64,000 bases of DNA. Source: Thermoplasmata archaeon. Lineage in GTDB: Archaea > Thermoplasmatota > Thermoplasmata > Lutacidiplasmatales > UBA184. This document shows positions 36,298-45,186 of this stretch, in pieces. The DNA lies in NCBI GenBank assembly GCA_028864975.1, contig JAGWLG010000012.1, positions 15,745 through 79,744 on the forward strand, in the 5' to 3' direction. A program made the position numbers and the translations under genes. Position 1 is the stretch's first letter. Every line of letters begins with the position of its first letter. A model generated the notes under the pieces. The model was not told where the DNA came from. It did no database searches and saw nothing but the letters and a program-made list of their open reading frames with translations.

Positions 36298-37674
36298 CTA
36301 GGCCATCTCCAGGAAGAGCTGGTGAGGGTCCTCCAGGTGGCTTTTCACCACCGCGAGGAACTCCGCGCCCGTGATCCCGTCCAGGACACGGTGGTCCAGC
36401 GTGACCGAGAGGTTCATCAGGTGCGCCGGGACGATGGAGCCGTCCGCGGCGTACACCGGGCGCTTCGAGATCTTGTGGACCCCGAGGATCGCGACCTCGG
36501 GATAGTTCAGGATAGGGGTCGCGAGCACGCCCCCCAAGGCCCCCAGGCTCGTGATCGAGAACGTGCTCCCCGAGAGCTCCTCCCGCAAGAGCTTCCCGGC
36601 CTTGCCGCGCTCGGAGAGGTCCTGGATCTCCCGGGCCAGTGCCGTGATGCTCTTTCGGTCCGCATCGCGGACCACAGGAACGATGAGGCCGTCGGGGGCC
36701 GCCGCGGCGATGCCCATGTTGTAGTACTTGCAGAGGACGATCTCTTGTTTGGCGTCGTCGACGTAGGCGTTCATCGAGGGGTGCGCCTTGAGCCCCTGGA
36801 CCACCGCCTTGACGATGAACGGCAGGTAGGAGAGCTGGACGCCCTTCTCCTCGAGCCGCTTCTTCGACTTCTCGCGGACGCGGACGAGCTCGCTGACGTC
36901 CACCTCCTCGACGTAGGTGAAGTTCGCGGCCCGGGCGTGCGAGATGGCCATGTGCTCGGCGATCACGCGGCGGAGCCCTCGGATCTGCACGCGGGTCTGG
37001 AGCGGACCCGGGGCGGCGGGAATGGCGACGGGGGCGGGAGCCGGAGCCGAGGGGATCGGCACATCGACCCGGGAGGGAGGCGCGTGAGACGATGGGGAGG
37101 TCGCGGGGACCGCGACGGCGGAGGCCGAAGCCGAAGCCCCCACCGATCCGCCCTTTGCAAACGCGTCAAGGTCCGTGTCGGTGACCCTGCCTTGAGGGCC
37201 GGTCCCGCGCACCTGAGAGAGATCGATCCTCAACTGTGCCGCTCGGTGGCGGACGGCGGGGGATGCCAGGACCCGTCCGCCGGCGGAGGATACGCCCTGC
37301 GCTGGGGCCGTAGAAGGCGAGATGGGAGGCGAAGGGGAACTGGCGGCGGAGGGGGAGGCGGCGACCGCCCCACCGGCCCCGTGACCGTGGGAGGGGGCCG
37401 CCACGGGCGGCGCCGATCCTCCGCCGCCCGCCTCTTCGATGGAGACGAGAAGACCCCCCACCTTCACCACTTCACCCTCCTTAGCGTGGAGCGAGAGGAC
37501 CCTCCCCGTGCGAGGAGAGGGGATCTCGACGTTCGCCTTGTCGGTGAGGACGCTGACGAGAGGTTGGTCCTCCTTGACGGAGTCGCCCGCCTTGACGTGC
37601 CACGCGACGACCTCCCCTTCGGCGACCCCCTCACCGATGTCGGGGAGACGGAACTCGAAGACCATCGTGGCCAC
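36298..37674 (-). CDS. pdhC: Dihydrolipoamide acyltransferase (E2), single lipoyl domain
   Basis: LPDIGEGVAEG...TDKA lipoyl Lys; ASPAVR...GTGPQGRV subunit-binding domain; DHRVLDG catalytic motif. Confidence 0.95.
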   Translation of the reverse strand: MATMVFEFRLPDIGEGVAEGEVVAWHVKAGDSVKEDQPLVSVLTDKANVEIPSPRTGRVLSLHAKEGEVVKVGGLLVSIEEAGGGGSAPPVAAPSHGHGAGGAVAASPSAASSPSPPISPSTAPAQGVSSAGGRVLASPAVRHRAAQLRIDLSQVRGTGPQGRVTDTDLDAFAKGGSVGASASASAVAVPATSPSSHAPPSRVDVPIPSAPAPAPVAIPAAPGPLQTRVQIRGLRRVIAEHMAISHARAANFTYVEEVDVSELVRVREKSKKRLEEKGVQLSYLPFIVKAVVQGLKAHPSMNAYVDDAKQEIVLCKYYNMGIAAAAPDGLIVPVVRDADRKSITALAREIQDLSERGKAGKLLREELSGSTFSITSLGALGGVLATPILNYPEVAILGVHKISKRPVYAADGSIVPAHLMNLSVTLDHRVLDGITGAEFLAVVKSHLEDPHQLFLEMA

Positions 37675-37689
37675 CCCTCCGGACCCGTC

Positions 37690-38667
37690 CTACCCCGCCG
37701 CCACGGTGCGCTGGATCGCGCGCCCGATGCGGTCCACGCTCGGCAGGTACAGGTTCTCCAACGTGTAGGGGAACGGGGTGTCGTACCCCGTGACCCGCAC
37801 GATCGGGGCCTTGAGGGAGTAGAGGGCCTTCTCGGCGAGGATCGCGGCGAGCTCCGCACCGAAACCGCAGAACTTGGGCGCTTCGTGAACGATCACGGCC
37901 CTTCCGGTCTTCTCGACGGACCGGACCACCGCGTCCACATCGAGCGGGACGAGCGTCCTAAGGTCGACGAGCTCGGCATGGATACCGGTCTTCTCGAGCA
38001 CCTGACGGGCCTGGAACGCGGTCGGGACCATCGATCCGTAGGCGAAGACGCTCACGTCGCTCCCTTCGCGCACGATGCGGGCCTTGCCGAATGGCACGCG
38101 GTGGTCCCCTTCGGGGACCTCCCCGGTCGCCGTGCGGTAGATCCGTTTCGGTTCCATGAAGAGGACCGGGTCCTCGTCGAAGATGGCGGTGAGCAGAAGC
38201 CCTTTCGCGTCCGCAGGGGTGGAAGGGACGACCACCTTGATCCCGGGCGTGCTCGCGAAGAGCTGTTCGGTGCTCTGGGAATGGTAGAGTCCCCCCCGGA
38301 TCCCTCCTCCGTAGGGCGTACGGATGACCACGTGGGCAGGGAACTGTCCCCCCGACCGGTAGCGGAACTTGGTGAGCTCGCTCACGATCTGATCGAAGGC
38401 GGGGTAGATGAAGTCCAGGAACTGGATCTCGGCCACGGGCTTGAGCCCGTAGAGGGCCATCCCGACGGCCATCCCCACGATGCCGCTCTCGTTGAGCGGA
38501 GTGTCGAGGACGCGGGACTCTCCGAACTCCTTTTGAAGGCCCTCCGTGGCACGGAAGACCCCGCCGTTCACCCCGATGTCCTCGCCCAGGCACAGGACGT
38601 CCGGGTCGACCTTCATCGCATGGTGCAGCGCCTTGTTCACGGCTTGGATCAACGTGGCTTCGGTCAT
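37690..38667 (-). CDS. pdhB: 2-oxoacid dehydrogenase E1 beta subunit
   Basis: GEDIGVNGGVFRAT, DTPLNESGIVG, EIQFLDFIYPAFDQI, HSQS, DLRTLVPLD, HEA; ATG 38667 overlaps upstream TGA. Confidence 0.95.
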   Translation of the reverse strand: MTEATLIQAVNKALHHAMKVDPDVLCLGEDIGVNGGVFRATEGLQKEFGESRVLDTPLNESGIVGMAVGMALYGLKPVAEIQFLDFIYPAFDQIVSELTKFRYRSGGQFPAHVVIRTPYGGGIRGGLYHSQSTEQLFASTPGIKVVVPSTPADAKGLLLTAIFDEDPVLFMEPKRIYRTATGEVPEGDHRVPFGKARIVREGSDVSVFAYGSMVPTAFQARQVLEKTGIHAELVDLRTLVPLDVDAVVRSVEKTGRAVIVHEAPKFCGFGAELAAILAEKALYSLKAPIVRVTGYDTPFPYTLENLYLPSVDRIGRAIQRTVAAG

Positions 38668-39737
38668 GGTCGGATCACGCCCTCCCGGAGAAGTTCCTCG
38701 AACTCCTTGCGTTCTTCCTCGAGGTTCGGGGAAAGGCTTGCCCAGACATCGTCGAAGAGGGAGGTCGCCGCGGGGGGCCCCATCTTCTCCACCTCCTGGA
38801 CCTCCTTCTGGACCATCGAACGGAGCTCTTCCTGGAGCGATTCGAACTGGGCCTCGCTGAAGACCCCGCGGGCCAGGAGCTCGGACTTGAGCCGCTCGAT
38901 CGGGTCCCGGGCCTTCCACGTGGCCAGCTCCTGAGGAGTTCGGTAGCGTCGGGGATCGTCGGAAGTGGAGTGCGGGCCCATGCGGTAGGTGACCGCTTCG
39001 ATGAGCGTGGGCCCTTCTCCCGCCACGGCCCGAGCTCGGGCCTCTTTGACTGCGCGGTAGACGGCGTGGAAGTCGTTCCCGTCGACCTGCACGCCCGGGA
39101 ACCCGTAGGCGTTCGCCTTGATCGCCAGCGTCGAGCTGTGGGTCTGCTTCTCCCGAGGGAGGGAGATGGCCCACTGGTTGTTCTGGCAGAAGAAGACCAC
39201 GGGGGCCTTGTAGACCCCGGCGAAGTTCATCCCTGAATGGAAGTCGTTCGACGAGGTCGCCCCATCGCCGAAGAAGGGGACCGCAACGACCTTCTCGCCC
39301 TTGTATCGGGAAGCATACGCAAGCCCGACGGCATGAATGATCTGGGTGCCGATCGGGCTCGAGGCGCTGAGGAACCGGTGCTGTCGAAACCCGTAGTGGT
39401 TCGGCATCTGGCGTCCCTTCGAGAGGTCTGCGCTGTTCCCATAGAGCTGGTTCAAGATGTCGCGCAGCGGGACGCCCCGGGTGAGCGCGACCGCGAGCTC
39501 GCGGTAGGCCGGGCAGACCCAGTCCCCAGGTTGCAGGGCCCAAGCACACCCGACCTGAGCAGCTTCCTGCCCTTCGAGAGGCACGTAGAAGCCGAGCCGG
39601 CCTTGGCGCTGCAGGTTCATGCATCGCTCGTCGACCGCACGGGCGAGGGCCATGGTGCGAAGGACCTTCAGGAGGTCCGGGTCCGGCAGCGAGGGTTCCG
39701 GTAGGTCGGTCGTGGTTCGGGAAGCCGCCGCGCTCAC
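38664..39737 (-). CDS. pdhA: 2-oxoacid dehydrogenase E1 alpha subunit (first copy)
   Basis: GFYVPLEGQEA, GRQMPNH, GDGATSSNDFHSGMNFAGV, NNQWAIS, HSTSDDPRRYR. Confidence 0.94.
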   Translation of the reverse strand: MSAAASRTTTDLPEPSLPDPDLLKVLRTMALARAVDERCMNLQRQGRLGFYVPLEGQEAAQVGCAWALQPGDWVCPAYRELAVALTRGVPLRDILNQLYGNSADLSKGRQMPNHYGFRQHRFLSASSPIGTQIIHAVGLAYASRYKGEKVVAVPFFGDGATSSNDFHSGMNFAGVYKAPVVFFCQNNQWAISLPREKQTHSSTLAIKANAYGFPGVQVDGNDFHAVYRAVKEARARAVAGEGPTLIEAVTYRMGPHSTSDDPRRYRTPQELATWKARDPIERLKSELLARGVFSEAQFESLQEELRSMVQKEVQEVEKMGPPAATSLFDDVWASLSPNLEEERKEFEELLREGVIRP

Positions 39738-39903
39738 GTGGGTCGTGCCTCTTCCTTCGGACAGGGGTGCCGTTAAAATGGGTTGCGCGCGGCCGGCGGA
39801 CTTTGTGTCGGAACAGGGTCGCTTCGGGGGGACAGGGGCCCCTTCTCGTCGCGAGGGGGCACATCGCGAGGTTCATCCACCCCCGGAACTTGCCGCCGGG
39901 AGC

Positions 39904-40089
39904 ATGGAGTCGGTCCCGGCCCATCGGCACTGCAAGGTCTGCGGCACGCCGACCCCCCCCGAGGATCCCTTCTGCTCTCCCGCCTGCACCGAGAAGCGGG
40001 CTTCCCAGGTCCGTCAGCAGCGCCTCTACACGCTGCTCTTCGCCGCTCTGACCATCTTCATCGTCCTCGCCCTGTTCGCGAGAGTGTAG
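39904..40089 (+). CDS. DUF2116-family zinc-ribbon protein with C-terminal TM
   Basis: HRHCKVCG.P.P....FCSPAC followed by one TM; ATG 39904. Confidence 0.85.
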   Translation: MESVPAHRHCKVCGTPTPPEDPFCSPACTEKRASQVRQQRLYTLLFAALTIFIVLALFARV

Positions 40090-40114
40090 ACCGGAACGGA
40101 GGAGGAGCGCGTCG

Positions 40115-41158
40115 GTGGGTCTACTCTCTCGGGCCGTTCTCGGCGGCACGTTCGACCGCCTGCATGTGGGCCATGAGGCCCTCCTCGCGGCGGCCTTCGA
40201 CCACGCCAAAGAGGTCGGCATCGGCATCACGACCGAGGAGTTCTTCCGCGCCCCCGGCCGGCAAGCGAAATCGGGCGGGGTCCGCCCCTTCGACGAACGA
40301 CGGAAGGAGCTCGAAACGTTCCTCGAACAACGCTTCCCCGGTCGCACTTGGTACCTCATCCCCTTGGTCGAGCGCTGGGGGGCCGCGCTCGAGCCCCAGA
40401 CCAAGGCGCTGGTCGTGAGCGACGAGACCCTGCCCGTCGGGGAGCTCGCGAACCGGCTAAGGAAGCGCCACCGGGTCCCTGCCTTGACGCTGATCGTTCG
40501 TCACGCAGTCCTGGGAGAGGACCTGCTCCGAGTCTCCTCCACCCGCGTTCGGGTAGGAAGGATCGACCGCACCGGAAGAAGGCTCCTCCCGATCCGGGTC
40601 GGCGTGGGCTCGACCAACTCGGTCAAGAAGGCGGGGGTCGAGGCGGCCTTCCGTGCGCTCTTCGAGCGGACCCCCGTGACCGTGGAAGGCGTCAGCCCTG
40701 GAGGCACCAATCCCCAGCCCTGGGGGCTCGAGGAGGGGTTCCAGGGCGCCCTACGTCGCGCCACGCTCGCCGTGAAAGGAGGACACGACTGGGGCGTGGG
40801 GGTCGAGGCGACGATCTTCCAACGTCGCAAGGGCGGACCGATGTTCGATCTGCACTGTATCTGCGTTCTCGGCGCCGACGGAGCTCACCTGCAGAGCGCC
40901 TCGGCCGCGTACCCCATTCCCTCCAGCGTGGCGCGCGAGATGCAGGGAAGGAGGACGCTCGAGGAGGCGGTCCGCAGGACCGGGGGGCCCCCGAAGGTCG
41001 GGCATACGACCGGAGGGGCATTGGCGTTCCTGACCGGGAACGGGATATCGCGCGAGGAGGTCATCGCGAACGCGGTCCGTCTTGCGTTCGTGCCGCTGCT
41101 CGCTCGACGCGCCGAGCGGCTCCCCGACGTGGACGTGCTACGCCCGCCGAGGGGCTGA
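40115..41158 (+). CDS. coaD: Bifunctional phosphopantetheine adenylyltransferase / inosine-xanthosine triphosphatase (YjjX-like)
   Basis: N-term LGGTFDRLHVGH, IGIT, RPFDER, LVVSDET, VSSTR; C-term VGSTNSVK, QPWGLEE..QGA..RA, GVGVEA, G..GA...LT. Confidence 0.9.
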   Translation: MGLLSRAVLGGTFDRLHVGHEALLAAAFDHAKEVGIGITTEEFFRAPGRQAKSGGVRPFDERRKELETFLEQRFPGRTWYLIPLVERWGAALEPQTKALVVSDETLPVGELANRLRKRHRVPALTLIVRHAVLGEDLLRVSSTRVRVGRIDRTGRRLLPIRVGVGSTNSVKKAGVEAAFRALFERTPVTVEGVSPGGTNPQPWGLEEGFQGALRRATLAVKGGHDWGVGVEATIFQRRKGGPMFDLHCICVLGADGAHLQSASAAYPIPSSVAREMQGRRTLEEAVRRTGGPPKVGHTTGGALAFLTGNGISREEVIANAVRLAFVPLLARRAERLPDVDVLRPPRG

Positions 41159-41386
41159 GCGGTCGTAGGCCCACGCGGACCTCGAAAGCCACAGATCGTA
41201 GACCGCGACCGCGCTGAGCAGGGCGCCCACCAACAGAAGGACCGCGCTCCCTCCGGCGGAGATGACCACCGTGCCATCCAGGAGGTCCACGATGGAGGCG
41301 AGGATCAGGATCAGGCCCACGAACAGGACCCACATCGCGGTCTCGCTCATCCGAACCAGACGCGGGACGACCTCCGTCGCGGTCAT
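41138..41386 (-). CDS. Small 2-TM membrane protein
   Basis: Two hydrophobic helices; start uncertain (41386 or 41350). Confidence 0.6.
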   Translation of the reverse strand: MTATEVVPRLVRMSETAMWVLFVGLILILASIVDLLDGTVVISAGGSAVLLLVGALLSAVAVYDLWLSRSAWAYDRSAPRRA

Positions 41387-41476
41387 GTTCTGGCCCCCAC
41401 TTGTTGGAGGGAGCCGGCTGCAATGACGCCGGGGTCGACCTCCTTTCACGAGGCGTCCCCCGGTTCGGGGGCAAGG

Positions 41477-41482
41477 TATAAA
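41477..41482 (+). promoter_or_regulatory. TATA box TATAAA
   Basis: About 37 bp upstream of GTG 41519, with AGAGGAG SD-like sequence between. Confidence 0.65.
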
Positions 41483-41518
41483 CTACGACCGGGGGTGGGG
41501 GGCGTAGAGGAGCCTTCC

Positions 41519-41740
41519 GTGGAGAGCTACCTGCGCGTCGCCTTCTCCAGCGAGGGGTCCAAGCCGTCCGAGATCGCCGACAAGCTGCACGCGCTGGGGT
41601 TCCGCCCGACCCAGGGGAACTACGACTTCATCTATGACTGGAAGGCCGGGGTGAAGCTCGAAGAAGCGATGGACCTCGCCGACGAGGTCAGCCGCACGCT
41701 GCGCGGGTTCAAGGTCCTCTTCGAAATGGAGACCGTCTGA
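41519..41740 (+). CDS. Small hypothetical protein (73 aa), similar to a family I recall from Thermoplasmata
   Basis: YLRVAFSSEGSKPSEIADKLHALGF.PTQGNYDFIYDW; GTG start with SD and TATA. Confidence 0.8.
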   Translation: MESYLRVAFSSEGSKPSEIADKLHALGFRPTQGNYDFIYDWKAGVKLEEAMDLADEVSRTLRGFKVLFEMETV

Positions 41741-41823
41741 CCGGGCCCCGGCTCCCGGTCGACCCGAGGCGACGGGGTCTCTGAGCTCACGGGTGCACGC
41801 GGCGAAGGGGGGAGATCGATTCC

Positions 41824-42672
41824 GTGAAGGTGGTCATCCCCGCCGCAGGTCAGGGGACGCGGTTCCTCCCCGCGACCAAGAGCATGCCCAAGGAGATGCT
41901 CCCGGTCATCGACCGACCGGTGATCCAGTACGTGGTCGAGGAGGCCATCGCCTCGGGCGCGGACGACATCACGATCATCACCGGTCGGGGGAAGAGGGCG
42001 CTCGAGGACCATTTCGACCACAACCCGGAGCTGGGGAAGTTCAACGATCTCCCTTCGATGCGGAGCCTGGAGGAGCTCGCCGACCGGGCCACGATCCACT
42101 TCGTACGCCAGAGGACCCCCCGCGGGCTGGCCGACGCGGTCGCCTGCTCGGCCCGGCACGTGGGGCGGGAGGCCTTCGGGATCCTTCTGGGAGATACGAT
42201 CAACCTCTGCCGACCCCCCTTGCTCCGCCAGCTCTGGAACCGCTACGAAGAACTCGGCTCCCGTTCCTCCGTGATTGCCGTCGAGCCCGTGCCCGATGCC
42301 AAGGTGTCGGACTACGGCATCGTCGCGGGTCCGGAGGTCCGCCCGGGAGTGTTCGAGGTCCAGAGGATGGTGGAGAAACCCCCGCTCTCGAAGGCGCCGA
42401 GCCGCCTGGGCATCACCGGGGCCTACGTCCTCACCCCCGCCATCTTTGACGCGATCCGTTCGACCCCTCCCGGGAGAAATCAGGAGGTCCAACTGACCGA
42501 CGCGCTCGACCGGCTCCGCCAACGGGAGAAGGTCTACGCCGTGACCTTCCAGGGGACCCGATACGATATTGGCGACCGCTTCTTGTGGCTGCGGACCAAC
42601 CTGGAGTTCGCTATGCGGGACCCCGAGCTACGGGACCGATTGCGACCGTACCTCAAGGAGCTCCTGAAATGA
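41824..42672 (+). CDS. galU: UTP--glucose-1-phosphate uridylyltransferase
   Basis: VIPAAGQGTRFLPATKSMPKEMLP, QRTPRGLADAV, LLGD, VEKP, DIG. Confidence 0.95.
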   Translation: MKVVIPAAGQGTRFLPATKSMPKEMLPVIDRPVIQYVVEEAIASGADDITIITGRGKRALEDHFDHNPELGKFNDLPSMRSLEELADRATIHFVRQRTPRGLADAVACSARHVGREAFGILLGDTINLCRPPLLRQLWNRYEELGSRSSVIAVEPVPDAKVSDYGIVAGPEVRPGVFEVQRMVEKPPLSKAPSRLGITGAYVLTPAIFDAIRSTPPGRNQEVQLTDALDRLRQREKVYAVTFQGTRYDIGDRFLWLRTNLEFAMRDPELRDRLRPYLKELLK

Positions 42673-43661
42673 CCGAGAGGACGGCCCTCGTCGCCGGAGC
42701 CGCAGGGTTCCTGGGTTCGCATCTCACGGAGAACCTGCTCCGAGATGGGTGGACCGTCATTGGGATCGACAATCTCTCGACCGGTAGGACCGAGAACCTG
42801 AAGACCTTCCGGAAACACCCGAGCTTCCGGTTCCTCCGCCGCGACCTCTCGCGCCGGGTCAAGCTCCCGCCCGCGGAGGCGGTCTTCCACCTCGCGTCCC
42901 CCGCGTCTCCTCCCCACTATCAGCGGGACCCCATCGCCTGCCTGGCCGTGAACGCCTTCGGCACCGCCCAGCTGGCCGAGCACGCGCATCGCTCGGGGGC
43001 GCGTTTCTTCCTGGCCTCCACCTCCGAGGTCTATGGGGACCCCGAGGTCCATCCGCAGCCCGAGAGCTACTTCGGTCATGTCAACCCCTACGGGCCGCGG
43101 TCGTGCTACGACGAAGGGAAGCGCTTCGCCGAAGCGATGACCCTCGCGTGGGAACAGAGCAAGGGACTGGACGCGCGGATCGCCCGCATCTTCAACACCT
43201 ACGGCCCGCGCATGGCCCTGGACGACGGGCGGGTGGTGACCCAGTTCCTCGTGGAGGGCTGGAGAGGCGAACCGATCACGGTCCACGGGGAGGGGAAGCA
43301 GACCCGGTCGTTCTGCTACGTCTCCGACCTTATCGAAGGCTTCCGCAAGCTCTTCGACTCCTCCGTGAAGGGACCCGTCAACCTGGGCAATCCCGAGACC
43401 GAAATGTCCGTCGGGGAGCTCGCCGAGAGGGTTCGGGCCCTCACCGGTGGGCGGTCGACCATCGTCCACACGGAGCGAGGACGGGACGACCCAGAGCGCC
43501 GTCGCCCAGATATCTCACGGGCCAAGGAGCTCCTGGGCTGGGCGCCGAAGGTCCCCCTCACCGAGGGGCTGGAGAAGACCTCCCTGGATGTTCAGGAACG
43601 TCTGCGGCGCGCTTCCCGCGCGGCGGCCCGCGTCCGACGTGTAAAGGAGGGCTCCCCCTGA
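42669..43661 (+). CDS. UDP-glucuronate decarboxylase (UXS-like extended SDR)
   Basis: GAAGFLGSHL, HLASPASP..Y, ASTSEVYGDP, GPRSCYDEGKR, RIFNTYGPRM, QTRSFCYVSDL, DDPERRRPDI; ATGA overlap with galU. Confidence 0.88.
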   Translation: MTERTALVAGAAGFLGSHLTENLLRDGWTVIGIDNLSTGRTENLKTFRKHPSFRFLRRDLSRRVKLPPAEAVFHLASPASPPHYQRDPIACLAVNAFGTAQLAEHAHRSGARFFLASTSEVYGDPEVHPQPESYFGHVNPYGPRSCYDEGKRFAEAMTLAWEQSKGLDARIARIFNTYGPRMALDDGRVVTQFLVEGWRGEPITVHGEGKQTRSFCYVSDLIEGFRKLFDSSVKGPVNLGNPETEMSVGELAERVRALTGGRSTIVHTERGRDDPERRRPDISRAKELLGWAPKVPLTEGLEKTSLDVQERLRRASRAAARVRRVKEGSP

Positions 43662-45121
43662 TGACGGCCCGCAATCGCTCTCGTGGCCCTCGTACTCGGA
43701 AGGCTCGACGCGGGCCGCGCGCGGACCCACCTGAGAAGGCGAGGGGGCAGCTCGACGTCGCCCGGGCTGAGGAAGGGCCGCTCACCCTCGGAGTCTCCGG
43801 CATGGGGTTCGTCGGGGTCGCGATGGCGGTCGCCTTCGCGCACTACGGGCACGACGTGGTCGGATGGGACGTCGTCGACCGCCGACGCGAGGACATTGCC
43901 AAGGGGCGTGCTCCCTTCTTCGACCCGGGACTCCAGGAAACGCTCTCGAGCGCGGTCCGCACCGGCAGGCTCAAAGTCGCCTCAGACCGCGAGAGCTTCT
44001 TTCGTCGTGCGGATGTGATCTTCCTCTGCCTCCCCACGCCAAGCCGTCCCGATGGAAGCGTTGAGACCTCCTTCCTCGAAGAGGAAGCGCTGCGGCTGGG
44101 TAAGCTCCTCCGGAAGGGAAGGTCGTGGAAGCTCTTCGTCGTGAAGAGCACCTCGCCTCCGGGAACCGCTCGCAAGGTCGAGCGCATCCTGGCGGGGGAG
44201 AGCGGCAAGCACCCCGCTCAGGACTTCGCCGTCGCCTGCAACCCCGAGTTCCTTGCCGAGGGCTCGCTCGTGAAGGACGCGCTCGAGCCTTCCCGCATCG
44301 TGCTCGGGACGACGGACGCCCGAGCCGAGCGTGCCCTTCGCCAGGCCTATCAGGGGTTCCCAGGGAAGGTCGTGGTCCTGCCCCCCCCGGCCGCCGAGCT
44401 CGTCAAGTACTCTTCGAATGCCCTGCTCGCGGTCAAGGTCTCCTTCGCCAACGAGGTCGCGCGTCTTTCCGAGAAAGTGGGGACGGACGTCTATCCCGTG
44501 CTCGAGGCCGTGGGCATGGACCCGCGCCTCGGCCCCCACTTCCTTCGCGCGGGGCCCGGCTTTGGAGGTAGCTGCTTTCCGAAGGACCTTCGAGGACTCG
44601 TCGCCTTCGCGAGGCAGATGGGTGTCGCGATGCCGGTGACCGAGGGGGCGCTCTCGGTCAACGAGACCCAGGCGCGCCACGTGGTCGACCTGGCCGAAGA
44701 AGCCTCGGGCGGGTTGCTCGCGGGCCGGGAGGTCGCGCTGCTCGGGCTCGCCTTCAAGAGCGGCACCGACGACGTGCGTGAATCCCGGGCCTACCCCATC
44801 CTGGGCGAACTGCTCAAGCGAGGCGCGATGGTTCGGCTCCATGACCCCCGCTCCCTCGAGAACTTCCGAAAGGGTCTCCCCCAGCTCCTTTCGGCGGACC
44901 CCGGACCTCGCGTCAGGTTCTGCGAACGGGCGGAGGAAGCGCTCACGGGTGCGAACCTCGCGCTGCTCCAGTGCGACTGGCCAGAATACCGGGAGATCCC
45001 GCTTCCCCTTTGGAAGCAGCTCAAGGACCGACTGGTCGTCGACGCCCGCCGAAGCATCGAGGGGAAGGAACTACGGAAGGTCGGGCTACGCTACGTCGCG
45101 ATCGGACGGGGAGAACCCTGA
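43661..45121 (+). CDS. ugd: UDP-glucose 6-dehydrogenase
   Basis: GMGFVG, LCLPTP, KSTSPPGT, NPEFLAEG, ELVKYSSN, GPGFGGSCFPKD catalytic Cys, LGLAFKSGTDDVRES. Confidence 0.95.
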   Translation: MTARNRSRGPRTRKARRGPRADPPEKARGQLDVARAEEGPLTLGVSGMGFVGVAMAVAFAHYGHDVVGWDVVDRRREDIAKGRAPFFDPGLQETLSSAVRTGRLKVASDRESFFRRADVIFLCLPTPSRPDGSVETSFLEEEALRLGKLLRKGRSWKLFVVKSTSPPGTARKVERILAGESGKHPAQDFAVACNPEFLAEGSLVKDALEPSRIVLGTTDARAERALRQAYQGFPGKVVVLPPPAAELVKYSSNALLAVKVSFANEVARLSEKVGTDVYPVLEAVGMDPRLGPHFLRAGPGFGGSCFPKDLRGLVAFARQMGVAMPVTEGALSVNETQARHVVDLAEEASGGLLAGREVALLGLAFKSGTDDVRESRAYPILGELLKRGAMVRLHDPRSLENFRKGLPQLLSADPGPRVRFCERAEEALTGANLALLQCDWPEYREIPLPLWKQLKDRLVVDARRSIEGKELRKVGLRYVAIGRGEP

Positions 45122-45186
45122 ACCCCCTGAGTCGTCCTTGACCCGGACCCGATGAGCTTTCAAGCCGGGTCCGCTGGAACCCCACC

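Noticed and set aside
25184-38934. Long antisense or off-frame ORFs (e.g. 25184-27022, 30119-31819, 36322-38934, and the upstream parts of 37690-40404 and 55688-60229)
   Set aside because: Shadow ORFs caused by stop-codon scarcity at high GC; they overlap well-supported genes and are Arg/Gly/Pro-rich without motifs.
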